64,000 nt of DNA, taken from positions 8,000 through 71,999 of the forward strand of contig CANFGH010000002.1 of assembly GCA_947446285.1 (NCBI GenBank). Reading direction: 5' to 3'. Positions 45,178 to 54,496 of this stretch are shown piece by piece; positions within the stretch are counted from its first letter, which is position 1, and every line of letters begins with the position of its first letter. The DNA comes from Chloroflexota bacterium. GTDB taxonomy: Bacteria; Chloroflexota; UBA11872; UBA12225. The notes beneath the pieces were generated by a model. That model was not told the origin of the DNA. It saw only the letters and a program-made list of their open reading frames with translations, and searched no databases. Both the position numbers and the translations under genes were made by a program.

Positions 45178-46164
45178 ATGGATGATTCTTTCGGACTGAT
45201 CCGGGACTTCAGTTCCACTGGGAGTGACTACCCTGAGACGGTTCGGATCTTCAACCATATCGAAGGTGAGGACGGCCTGACAGTCGAGGCACTCCGCGCC
45301 TAGGATGAGGGATGGCCTCGAGACACGTACCGCGCCCACCGGTGGGTGGCCGTATCCAACGACGGCGACGCAGTCGGATGCTGCGATGCCACGCACGTGC
45401 CCAATCAGTTCGACTCAAGCCGGTATAGCGTCCTCGTCTTCGTCTTCGTCTCATCAAGCTACCAACGGCAGCAGTGGGGGACACGCCTGCTTGGGCATGC
45501 CGAGGCGTTCCTGAAACCGCTGGGTGCGCGCGAACTGATCGGGGCGGCGAAGGCGAACGCAGTCGGCAGCATTTTCTTCCTTGGGAAACACGGGTTCGAA
45601 GAAACGCACCGGCTATGGGAATCGCACCTTGATGTCGCGATGTTCAACATATCACGGTTCTCTGGTGAACGTGCCCGGACCGACGCCGCCGGCATAACCA
45701 TCAGAACATCGACGAACGAGCGATCGCGCACTCCCAACTGCATCGAAAGGCTTCATGACCTCCATACCGGGATTGAGGCTGACGTACCCCGACCGGTCCA
45801 AGCAAATGCAGTTTCAATTGAAACCTTTACCTCGCAAGTGACCGATCATTCCACGACAATTCCGGAGGCCTTCCTGATAGCGTGCCGGGGCGAGGAATAT
45901 GTCGGCCTCACGCATTTGCGCCGGGTTCCCAGACTTCCCCGCATGCTGTCGCAAGCCTTGACCGGAGTGACCCGCCAAGCGCGAGGCCTGGGCATTGCAA
46001 AAGCCCTCAAGGTGGCGGGCATCTAATGGGCGCGGGCACAAGGCATCGCGGAAATCAGGACGTGGAACAGTCAGCGCAATCCACGCACGATTTCCATCAA
46101 CGAACGTTTCGGATTCATTCGTGAGGTCGCGGTGTGCGAGTTCCGCAAGGACCTCTCCGAATGA
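45178..46164 (+). pseudogene. Two-domain GNAT N-acetyltransferase interrupted by two in-frame stop codons (TAG 45301-45303, TAA 46024-46026)
   Basis: One frame reads MDDSFGLIRDFSSTGSDYPETVRIFNHIEGEDGLTVEALRA*DEGWPRDTYRAHRWVAVSNDGDAVG...YQRQQWGTRLLGHAEAFL...TGVTRQARGLGIAKALKVAGI*WARAQGIAEIRTWNSQRNPRTISINERFGF...SE. GNAT motifs continue on both sides of each stop. Confidence 0.75.
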
Positions 46165-46200
46165 CCCGCATGGCATCGTTGGACGCAGGGCAAACCCGGA

Positions 46201-47277
46201 CTACGGCGTGACAACCACCCGAAGTCCCTCACCTCGGCGAGTGACGTCAAAGGCCTCCTGCACTTGTGCAAGGGGAAACTGGTGCGAGACCAGGGCGGAT
46301 GCGTCGAACCTGCCGCTCGCCAGAAGGTTGAGCGCCACCCGGAAATCCTCACTCGTGCACGCACTTGTGCCAGTGACGATCAGTTCGCCGTAATGGATCA
46401 GGTTGGCCGAGATCGTGGCATCACCGGACCCGGCGTACCCGGCGAACAGGTTCACCCGACCTCCAGGGCGCACCCACCGCAACAGGTCATGCACGAGACC
46501 CGGCACACCGATGGCGGCAATCGCCACGTCGGCCCCATCACCTCCGGTTACCGAACGCACAACATCCAGCACTTCATCATGGGTCGGATCAAGCGCCATT
46601 GTCGCGCCCATCGCCATCGCCTGTTCACGTCGCGTGGTCGATGGCTCGCTCACGATGATGGACCGTGCGCCGGCCAGACGGGACATCTGGACGTGCATCA
46701 GGCCAATCGGACCGGCCCCCGCCACCACGACCACATCCCCGACACCCACCTGGCTCTTCCGCTGCCCATTCACCACACACGCCAGTGGTTCGGCTAGCGA
46801 CGCCTCGGCATCGGCAAGCGTGTCCGGGATAGCCATGAGGATGCCCCGACGTGCGGCATGGGCCGGGACAACCATGTACTCGGCAAACCCGCCGTCGTAC
46901 CTGTAGCCAAAAGCCTCACGACGCTTGCAGTGGTTTTCCATCCCGATCACGCAGAAGCGACAGGCGCCGCACGTGATCCCTGGCGGAAAGACCACCCGTT
47001 GGCCGACAGGCAGACCAACCGCTGCCTCCGCGCCTTCGCCGAACGAGACGATGTGCGCCGCAATCTCATGCCCAAGCACGCGCGGGGGGTAGACGCCACG
47101 CGTCTTGCCTCCACCGAGGATCCGTAAGTCGGTTCCGCACACTGCGCAGGCGTTGACCCTCAGAAGGACCTCGCCCGGACCGGGCACCGGCACTGGGGCC
47201 TCGCGCAATTCCATCTGGTTCGGACCGAGAAAAAATGCGGCCTGCATCAGCGCGCCATGCGCAATCGTCGTCGCCAC
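46201..47277 (-). CDS. Zinc-dependent alcohol/polyol dehydrogenase (MDR family)
   Basis: 358-aa ORF. GHEIAAHIVSFGEG, structural-Zn Cys cluster GITCGACRFCVIGMENHC, Rossmann VVVAGAGPIGLM. Confidence 0.88.
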   Translation of the reverse strand: MATTIAHGALMQAAFFLGPNQMELREAPVPVPGPGEVLLRVNACAVCGTDLRILGGGKTRGVYPPRVLGHEIAAHIVSFGEGAEAAVGLPVGQRVVFPPGITCGACRFCVIGMENHCKRREAFGYRYDGGFAEYMVVPAHAARRGILMAIPDTLADAEASLAEPLACVVNGQRKSQVGVGDVVVVAGAGPIGLMHVQMSRLAGARSIIVSEPSTTRREQAMAMGATMALDPTHDEVLDVVRSVTGGDGADVAIAAIGVPGLVHDLLRWVRPGGRVNLFAGYAGSGDATISANLIHYGELIVTGTSACTSEDFRVALNLLASGRFDASALVSHQFPLAQVQEAFDVTRRGEGLRVVVTP

Positions 47278-47474
47278 CGGAACTCCCTCATTCGCCCGTC
47301 ACACACTTGCGGACCCACCGTCCGCACCAGTCACTGCACCCTCGGCGAGGGTCTGCCTGACCGGCCTTTGCAGTGTACGCACCGTCACGCGAACCCGCCG
47401 ACTCGACCGGGACAGTTCAAATCCAGCCCCGGAAACGGCGGGAGCGACCAGTAGACTAGTGCCACAGGCCCGAT

Positions 47475-50126
47475 ATGGAACGTACGTACGAACCCACCCC
47501 CTCGCCGGCACCATCACCGGACATCCGGCAGTTCCTTGCCACCCAACTCAATCCACCGCAGATGGACGCCGTCTCCCACGGGGATGGTCCCTTGCTGATC
47601 CTTGCAGGCGCCGGATCGGGCAAGACCAGGGTCATCGCCTACCGGATTGCCTACATCATCCGGGAACGCCAGATCCCACCGTGGCAAATCCTCGCCGTCA
47701 CATTCACCAACAAGGCAGCCCGCGAACTTACCCACCGCGTGACCGAACTTACCGGCGAGGATCAGGCACGCCAGGTCAGGATGGGCACCTTCCACGGTCT
47801 CTGTGCCCGTTTTCTCCGCTCGGAGATCGAACTACTCTCTCGGCGCTACGACCGGAACTTCACGATCTACGACACTGACGATCAATTGCGCGTCCTCAAG
47901 AGGCAGTTCGCCGAGGCCGGCCTCAACCCGAAGCTGGTCAGCCCGAACGCTGTCCTGGGTGCGATCGGTCGACTGAAGGACCGACTGGTCAGCCCGGCCC
48001 AAGCGGCGAGTGCGAGTGAGGCCCACAACCCCTTCGAGACCGCCGTCGCAACCCTCTACCGGCGGTACCAGGACGCCCTCGAGGCGGCCAACGCGGTCGA
48101 TTTCGGCGACCTCATTAACCTGATGCTTCAGTTGCTCGAGAATTTCCCGGACGTTCGGCAACGCTACGCCAACAGGTACCGGCACGTCCTCGTCGATGAA
48201 TACCAGGACGTCAACGAAGCGCAATACCGCCTCGTCAAGGCCATCGCCGGCGACCACCGCAACCTCACCGTGGTAGGTGACGACTCGCAGGCGATCTATG
48301 GATGGCGTGGCGCTGACGTCCGCTACATCCTGCAGTTCGAACAGGACTTCGCCGAGTGCACCACGGTCCGTCTTGAACAGAACTACCGGTCGACCCAGAC
48401 GATCCTTGTCGCCGCCCAAGCCATCGAGGCCGGTCTGACCAAACGCCACGCCAAGGAACTGTGGACGGCAAACCGGAAGGGTGACCCGATCACCGGCGTC
48501 GTGGCCGGGAACGAGACTGACGAAGCCCAGTTTGTGATCCGGGAGATTGACCGCCTCGTCGTTACGGGCATCGCCTACCGCCAGATCGCAATCCTTTACC
48601 GAACCAACGCGCAGTCTCGCGTCCTCGAGGAACAGTTGGTACGCCGTCGCCTGCCGTTCCAGATGGTTGGAGGTACCCGCTTCTATGATCGGCGGGAGAT
48701 CAAGGAGGTCATCGCCTACCTGCATCTCTTGGTCAACCCATACGACGCGGATGCATTCAGGCGTGCCGGCGCGACACGCAAAGGCCTTGGCGACACCACC
48801 ATCGACAAGTTCGTCGCGTGGGCGGCCGAGACATCGAGGCCAGTCGTCGATGGTCTGATCTCGTTGCTGCGTGCGGAAGCCACGGAACGTCCTGCCCCAT
48901 TGATCAATGGCGCGGTTGAACCAGACCTGGATGAACGGTCAGGGGTTCTGGGACCTCTGCCGTGGAACCGTCGCGCCCATGAACTCCTCCTCGCCTACGC
49001 CCGCGACCTCGATGCGTTGATCACGGGCCTCCGCACCCTTTCACTCCCCGACCTCCTCGACCTCCTCCTCAAGCGGACCGGCTTCCGGGAGTACCTTCTC
49101 GAACACCGGGACGACAACGGTGAGGAACGGTGGGATAACGTCCAGGAACTCAAGTCCGTCGTCACTGAGTACGGGGCATCGGGTGCCGATGAGGGACTGC
49201 GACTCTTCTTGGAGAATGCAGCCCTTGTCTCGGATGCCGACACCATCCGGGCCGGACCACGTGATGACGTGGTGACCCTGATGACCCTCCACACCGCGAA
49301 AGGGCTTGAGTTCCCCGCGGTCTTCATCGTCGGCATGGAAGAGGGCATTTTTCCGCACTCACGCGCCCTTGAGGAAGGCAATATCGACGAGGAACGACGC
49401 CTTTGCTACGTCGGGATCACGCGGGCGATGCAGTCGCTCTATCTCGTCGGCTGCCGCTCGCGTTCATTCCGCGGCATGTTCGTCGAAAACGATCCCTCGC
49501 GATTCCTCCGGGAACTTCCCGGTGAACTCGTCCGGTGGGTCGATGGCAATGGCTTCCGCCTCGATGCAGCGCGGGTCATGGCGATGCAGTCCGGCGCGTG
49601 GCCCGGCCACGGCGCGTCACGCGCCGCCGGATACTGGGGCGGCGGAACGGCCACAGGTTCGCCGCCTAATGGATCGCTTCCCCCCGTCGATCCTAACCGT
49701 CCACCCCCGCCCGGTGCCCCCACGCCAATCAGGCCATGGTCCGGACAGGCCACTCGGGTCGGCGGTCCTTCCGCGTCCCGCCAGCCATCATCTGGACCCT
49801 CCGGACTTGGGATTCCCAACATCCGAGAATTCAACGGTCCCGCCCCGACCCCACTGCGACCCGGACTGGAGAACATTTCTGGACTGCGGCGTGCTAGCGA
49901 TCTCACTCCGGGAATCGGCCGGGCCCAGACACCTCCGGCACCCCCCGCCCCGCCTTCGCCGACCTACGGTCTCGACGAACGAGTCCGTCACCCCTCGTTC
50001 GGGGATGGCACGGTCATCGAGATAGAACCGGGGCGCGGAACCGAAGTCATGATCCAGGTGAAGTTCGACACCGTCGGGGTCAAGAAGCTGTCCACTGGCC
50101 TCGCACCGTTGACCCGTATCCCGTGA
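47475..50126 (+). CDS. pcrA: ATP-dependent DNA helicase PcrA/UvrD family
   Basis: 883-aa ORF. LNPPQMDAV, AGAGSGKT, VLVDEYQDVN, TLHTAKGLEFPAVFIVG. A ~130-aa Pro/Gly-rich linker precedes the C-terminal RVRHPSFGDGTVIEIE module. Confidence 0.9.
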   Translation: MERTYEPTPSPAPSPDIRQFLATQLNPPQMDAVSHGDGPLLILAGAGSGKTRVIAYRIAYIIRERQIPPWQILAVTFTNKAARELTHRVTELTGEDQARQVRMGTFHGLCARFLRSEIELLSRRYDRNFTIYDTDDQLRVLKRQFAEAGLNPKLVSPNAVLGAIGRLKDRLVSPAQAASASEAHNPFETAVATLYRRYQDALEAANAVDFGDLINLMLQLLENFPDVRQRYANRYRHVLVDEYQDVNEAQYRLVKAIAGDHRNLTVVGDDSQAIYGWRGADVRYILQFEQDFAECTTVRLEQNYRSTQTILVAAQAIEAGLTKRHAKELWTANRKGDPITGVVAGNETDEAQFVIREIDRLVVTGIAYRQIAILYRTNAQSRVLEEQLVRRRLPFQMVGGTRFYDRREIKEVIAYLHLLVNPYDADAFRRAGATRKGLGDTTIDKFVAWAAETSRPVVDGLISLLRAEATERPAPLINGAVEPDLDERSGVLGPLPWNRRAHELLLAYARDLDALITGLRTLSLPDLLDLLLKRTGFREYLLEHRDDNGEERWDNVQELKSVVTEYGASGADEGLRLFLENAALVSDADTIRAGPRDDVVTLMTLHTAKGLEFPAVFIVGMEEGIFPHSRALEEGNIDEERRLCYVGITRAMQSLYLVGCRSRSFRGMFVENDPSRFLRELPGELVRWVDGNGFRLDAARVMAMQSGAWPGHGASRAAGYWGGGTATGSPPNGSLPPVDPNRPPPPGAPTPIRPWSGQATRVGGPSASRQPSSGPSGLGIPNIREFNGPAPTPLRPGLENISGLRRASDLTPGIGRAQTPPAPPAPPSPTYGLDERVRHPSFGDGTVIEIEPGRGTEVMIQVKFDTVGVKKLSTGLAPLTRIP

Positions 50127-50364
50127 TGCCCTGTGACCTACATTCACGCCTCGACGTACTCAGACCGGCCCAATCCTTCTGGCCCTATCGTGCATATGCT
50201 GCCAGACCCACTTCAACCGTCTCACATTGCACCCGGGGAGGTGCATCGGTTGGGAGGCAAACACCTGGGCTGCGGAACAGGGGTCTCGGGGCTTGGGGGT
50301 GCAGAGCTGACGCCAAGTGTCCGGTCCTCGTCGGCCGCCAATCCGCTGCGGTGGCAAGACACGT

Positions 50365-51076
50365 ATGTCTAGTGAACGCGACGCACTGAACGGACCCGAC
50401 CAGAACGACGACGACGCAAGCACAGCGTCCGGAAATCACGGGTCACGGGTCGGGGAAGTGGACGAGGCAGATGTTTCCCTTGCACGGCGGATTGCCATAC
50501 GTGACGTCGCCGCACTCGAAGCGGTTTACAACCGCTATTCGCGTCCGGTCTACTCGCTGGCCAGGAGGCTTCTGCGAGACGACGAAACTACCGTGGAAGT
50601 GGTGCAGGAAGTCTTCATGCGCCTCTGGACGCGTGCAGATGAGTTCGATTCCAAGCGCGGACGGCTCCTCACCTGGCTCCTCACCATCACCCATCACCCA
50701 TCACCGTGCGATTGACGAACTTCGTCGACGCCGCGCCCGGGGGCAGCACGATGACATCGACATCGTTCTGGCAACTGCCGAAGCGCCAGATGGTGATCCC
50801 GCCCATAAAGCTGCACTTGCAGAGACCCGCGAAGCGGTGCGGCGGGCGCTTCAACACCTGCCAGTGGCACAGCGGCGCCCTATCGAGCTTGCGTACTTCG
50901 GAGGGCTTTCGCAACCCGAAATCGCCGCCATGCTTGAGGAACCTCTCGGGACAATCAAGACCAGAATGCGTCTCGCCATGCAAAAGCTTCGGGAGTTCCT
51001 GCGCGCCGACCGCAACCCGCCCGAGGAGCACCGTCGTTTTCCGGACCCAACACCGCGTCGCATCCCAGCGTCGTGA
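50365..51076 (+). pseudogene. ECF (sigma-70 family) RNA polymerase sigma factor, split by a frameshift at a CCATCAC x3 repeat
   Basis: Region 2 (YNRYSRPVYSLARRLLRDDETTVEVVQEVFMRLW..LLTWLLTITHH) is in one frame and stops at 50713-50715. Region 4 (RAIDELRRRR...LPVAQRRPIELAYFGGLSQPEIAAMLEEPLGTIKTRMRLAMQKLREFL) continues in the +1 frame to 51076. Confidence 0.8.
50684..50704 (+). repeat. Perfect tandem heptamer CCATCAC x3 at the sigma-factor frameshift point
   Basis: Read directly: a|ccatcac|ccatcac|ccatcac|cgtg. Two copies would give the in-frame reading ..WLLTITHHRAIDELRRRR.. Confidence 0.95.
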
Positions 51077-51121
51077 CGAGCACTGATCGATGAAACCAGG
51101 ACACCCTCGAGAGGCCAACCC

Positions 51122-51787
51122 GTGGCGATGACCGGACCGCGTTCATGGCGCGAGCCCGGTGTGCTGGCACGTCTGTCACGGATCGTCCAATCCCGCCTCG
51201 GGTCCGCGGTAAGCACTGCCTGCCCCGTCGAGTGCCCTGACGATGCCATGCACTACCTGATCGGTTCAATGCCCACCGCTGATCGGGCGCGCTTCGAGGG
51301 TCACCTCCGGTGGTGCCTGAAGTGCCAGCGTGAGACGCAGTCGCTCGAACCGGTCATCGAGACCCTCGCCGGGACTGCGAAGCAGATCAGCCCGCCTGAA
51401 TACCTTGGTCGAGCCATCATCCGGCAGGCGCGCATCTCAACTGCGGTGATGGCTGGCACGCACCAAGGCGCATCACTCGGCGCGAGTCCGTTCACGCCAC
51501 TCATTGCATGGCTCAGCCACCGGCGTGTCGGAGCCATCGTGACCGCTGGGTCACTCGCACTGTGCATGGCCAGTCTTGGATGCTCCATGCTTCTTCATTC
51601 GCAGACGGCGCAGAATGCGTTGGTTGCTTCGCGCCTTGCCGAAACCCTCAGCCTCGTCTACCACCCCGGTGCGGTTACCCGGACCCTGGCGGGAACCGAT
51701 CGTGCGCCCCGGTCCACCGGACGCCTCGCGGTCATACCGGAAAGCAACCGCGCCGTCCTAGTTGTCGTCGCGGAACTTGGAGCGTGA
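51122..51787 (+). CDS. Anti-sigma factor (zf-HC2 type), probably 3'-truncated
   Basis: HLRWCLKCQ (H-x3-C-x2-C) after CPVECPDDAMHYLIGSMPTADRARFEG. One TM (VGAIVTAGSLALCMASLGCSMLL). The extracytoplasmic part stops abruptly (..GRLAVIPESNRAVLVVVAELGA*) where RskA-like domains normally continue. Start uncertain. Confidence 0.65.
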   Translation: MAMTGPRSWREPGVLARLSRIVQSRLGSAVSTACPVECPDDAMHYLIGSMPTADRARFEGHLRWCLKCQRETQSLEPVIETLAGTAKQISPPEYLGRAIIRQARISTAVMAGTHQGASLGASPFTPLIAWLSHRRVGAIVTAGSLALCMASLGCSMLLHSQTAQNALVASRLAETLSLVYHPGAVTRTLAGTDRAPRSTGRLAVIPESNRAVLVVVAELGA

Positions 51788-52004
51788 CGGCCTTGTGCGA
51801 CGCACGATCTACCCAGAGGTCCCGCCACGGGTCGAGTACGAACTGACCCCATTGGGACGCACACTCATCGAACCAGTCTCCGCCCTATCGGCGTGGGCAC
51901 TCGCCCACAGCGACGAAATCGAACACCACCGGGCATCGTCCATTGCGACCATTGGGAACGAAGCCAGTGGAGACGACGCTGACCGGTCTTCGCAAGTTGT
52001 CTGA
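51762..52004 (+). pseudogene. HxlR-type (winged-helix) transcription regulator, C-terminal fragment only
   Basis: LSSRNLERDGLVRRTIYPEVPPRVEYELTPLGRTLIEPVSALSAWALAH matches the recognition-helix/wing half of HxlR proteins. The frame is closed by TAG immediately upstream (51759-51761) and the N-terminal ~45 aa are missing. Confidence 0.7.
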
Positions 52005-52255
52005 CACGGCAGCTGCACCGGACTGCAACTCAAGGCAGAAGGATGCGTTCCCGCAGTCCCGGCACATCCCGACCCTGTCGCCTCGCCTGTTTCGAATTCG
52101 CTTCACTTTGCACGCCCGCCAAACCCCAACCGGGCGTTGACCGACCAACGGGACAATCGGACGCAGGAATAAACGCGGTTACGGCAAGTCTCACGGTACC
52201 CTTATCCACACGACACCGCGCATACGTCACCGCCAGTGCCGGAACGGAGGTTGTC

Positions 52256-52411
52256 ATGCAGGTCGCGACCAGGCGAATCCTGAGCCGGGTCGCCGTCCAG
52301 GGCAAACCACACGTCCGGGTCAGTCCAGGCGCAGGTGAATCTGGGACTGGCGGCCGAGCGGCCCCCATCGGGGCCGGAGATACGATCACTTGCGTACCGG
52401 AAGCACCATGA
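52256..52411 (+). CDS. Small ORF (51 aa) with strong Shine-Dalgarno; possibly a gene remnant
   Basis: GGAGG lies 5 nt upstream of ATG 52256. Product MQVATRRILSRVAVQGKPHVRVSPGAGESGTGGRAAPIGAGDTITCVPEAP. No family recognised. Confidence 0.25.
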   Translation: MQVATRRILSRVAVQGKPHVRVSPGAGESGTGGRAAPIGAGDTITCVPEAP

Positions 52412-52457
52412 GCGAAGCAACTAGAAGCATTGGCGTCGACAGCGTGAGGTTCGGACT

Positions 52458-52748
52458 ATGAACCTGACCCCCGAAGACGTCGACCACGTCGCAACCCTCG
52501 CCCGATTGGGGATCACCGCCGAGGATCGTTCGCGGTTCGCGGAACAGTTGTCCGATGTCCTTGAACACTTTCGGGCCCTGCAAGCACTTGACACCACGGG
52601 AATCTCGCCGACCGCCCAGGTCTTCAATCTCCATTCGGTCATGCGGGACGATGTCGCACGGCCGTCTCTTCCCCGTGAACAGGTCCTCGCCAACGCCCCT
52701 CGGCAGGAAGATGGCTTCTTCAGGGTGCAGGCGGTACTCGAGACATAA
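52458..52748 (+). CDS. gatC: Asp/Glu-tRNA(Asn/Gln) amidotransferase subunit C
   Basis: 96-aa [55 protein letters not shown]. Confidence 0.92.
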   Translation: MNLTPEDVDHVATLARLGITAEDRSRFAEQLSDVLEHFRALQALDTTGISPTAQVFNLHSVMRDDVARPSLPREQVLANAPRQEDGFFRVQAVLET

Positions 52749-52777
52749 GCGCCTTCCCCATGCACGGGACACTCAGT

Positions 52778-52805
52778 CCTCTCTCCAGTCGCAAGGGGGA
52801 CGGGG
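52778..52805. repeat. GC-rich repeat copy between gatC and gatA
   Basis: cctctctccagtcgcaagggggacgggg matches ccctctcccgtcgcaaccgggga (39984-40006) at ~19/23 positions. Confidence 0.6.
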
Positions 52806-52906
52806 CAAGAGGTGGCGCCTTCTGCCCGGCAATCGCGGCGCACGGGATGCTAGGAGAATTCGGACTCATGGGCGCGCCCGGCCAACCGGCTGGTCACACC
52901 CGACAC

Positions 52907-54496
52907 ATGCACGTGACGAGGGAACACCTGGTGGGCATATCCGGCGACCTGACCGCACTGACTGCGCCCGAAGCCCGGGACCTATTGGTCCGCAGGCAGA
53001 TTTCCGCGACCGAACTGGCACACGCCGTCCTCGGCCAGATCGAACGCACGGAGAGCCAGGTGCGCTCCTTCATTACCGTGACCGCCGACGAGGCGCTGGC
53101 GCAGGCGCGCGCCGCCGATGTCGCGCTGGGTGGCAGTGATCCGGGCGCAACGCCTCCACTCACCGGCATCCCAGTCGCCCTCAAGGACCTCTTCTGCACC
53201 ACCGGCGTCCAGACGACGGCGGGATCACGCATCCTCGAAGGCTTCATTCCCCCATACGACGCCACGGTCGTGGCCCGCTTGCGCGCGGCCGGCGCTGTCT
53301 TCGTCGGGAAGGCGAACATGGATGAGTTCGCCATGGGGTCCAGTACCGAGAACTCCGGCTACCACCCAACGCACAACCCCTGGGACGTCAGCCGCGTGCC
53401 GGGTGGGTCATCAGGCGGATCCGCCGCCGCCGTGTCCGCGGGTCAGGCCATCCTCTCGCTCGGTACCGATACCGGGGGGTCAATCCGCCAACCAGCGTCC
53501 CTGTGTTCAGTGACTGGGCTCAAGCCTACATACGGTCGGGTCTCACGCTATGGGGTCGTCGCCTTCGCGTCATCACTTGACCAAGTGGGGCCGTTCTCGA
53601 TCGGTGTCGAGGGATCGGCGATGGTCCTCCAGGCAATCGCCGGCGCGGACCCGATGGACGCCACGACTGCGCCGTTCGCCGTGCCAGACTACCGCTCGAC
53701 GATCCGGGACGGCGTCAAGGGGCTCCGCATCGGGGTTCCCGCCGAGTACTTCACCGCGGGCATGGAACCGGACGTGGAGCGACTCGTCCGCGAGGCCATA
53801 CAGACCCTCACTAGCCTCGGCGCAACCGTCCACCCGGTCTCACTGCCGTACTCCGAACACGGCCTCGCAACCTACTACATCATTGCCCCGGCCGAAGCGA
53901 GCAGCAACCTGTCCCGGTACAACGGCATCAAGTACGGCCTTGCCGCACTCGATGAAGTCGACATGACCCGTGCGATGGACGCCACCCGTCAGCGAGGCTT
54001 CGGGAACGAGCCGAAGCGACGGATCATGCTTGGCACCTACGCACTGTCCTCGGGTTACTACGACGCCTACTACCGCAAAGCCCAGCAGGTCAGGACGCTC
54101 ATCAAGGCGGACTTCGACAACGCATTCGCATCAGTGGATGTCATCGCCGCGCCAGTTTCGCCAACCGTGGCGTTCAAGATGGGTGCCCGTATCGACGACC
54201 CCCTCGCGATGTACCTGTCTGACGTCTGCACCATCCCGGTGAACGTCGCCGGACTCCCGGGGATCAGCGTTCCATGCGGGTTCGACCACCAGGGCCTCCC
54301 CGTCGGATTGCAACTCATCGGCAAGGCATTCGACGAGGCAACCCTCTTCCGCGCGGCATTCGCCTATGAGGAAGCGACCAGTTTCCACCGGCAACGCCCA
54401 CCCCTGGCGGAACAGGCGGGCAGCGAAGGGTCTGTAAACCAGGCGGCGATGGGGGCGGGCAAGGCCGGCGGACCACAGCGGGCACCACACGCATGA
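52907..54496 (+). CDS. gatA: Asp/Glu-tRNA(Asn/Gln) amidotransferase subunit A (amidase)
   Basis: Amidase signature [35 protein letters not shown]. Open frame begins at 52760, but that segment contains a hairpin-repeat copy. Start taken at ATG 52907 (GTG 52913 also possible). Confidence 0.9.
   Translation: MHVTREHLVGISGDLTALTAPEARDLLVRRQISATELAHAVLGQIERTESQVRSFITVTADEALAQARAADVALGGSDPGATPPLTGIPVALKDLFCTTGVQTTAGSRILEGFIPPYDATVVARLRAAGAVFVGKANMDEFAMGSSTENSGYHPTHNPWDVSRVPGGSSGGSAAAVSAGQAILSLGTDTGGSIRQPASLCSVTGLKPTYGRVSRYGVVAFASSLDQVGPFSIGVEGSAMVLQAIAGADPMDATTAPFAVPDYRSTIRDGVKGLRIGVPAEYFTAGMEPDVERLVREAIQTLTSLGATVHPVSLPYSEHGLATYYIIAPAEASSNLSRYNGIKYGLAALDEVDMTRAMDATRQRGFGNEPKRRIMLGTYALSSGYYDAYYRKAQQVRTLIKADFDNAFASVDVIAAPVSPTVAFKMGARIDDPLAMYLSDVCTIPVNVAGLPGISVPCGFDHQGLPVGLQLIGKAFDEATLFRAAFAYEEATSFHRQRPPLAEQAGSEGSVNQAAMGAGKAGGPQRAPHA

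Noticed and set aside
45301-46026. Stop-codon reassignment (TAG or TAA read as sense) as an explanation for the in-frame stops in the GNAT gene.
   Set aside because: TAG terminates 4911-7772 and 11950-12552. TAA terminates 43207-44229 and 30240-33173. TGA terminates most other genes at positions consistent with family lengths. A genome-wide recoding is therefore not supported.
49560-49990. Pro/Gly/Ser-rich ~130-aa segment in pcrA, considered as a separate gene or an insertion.
   Set aside because: It is in frame. It is flanked by helicase motifs upstream and by the conserved C-terminal RHPSFGDGTV module downstream. I read it as a disordered linker rather than a distinct feature.
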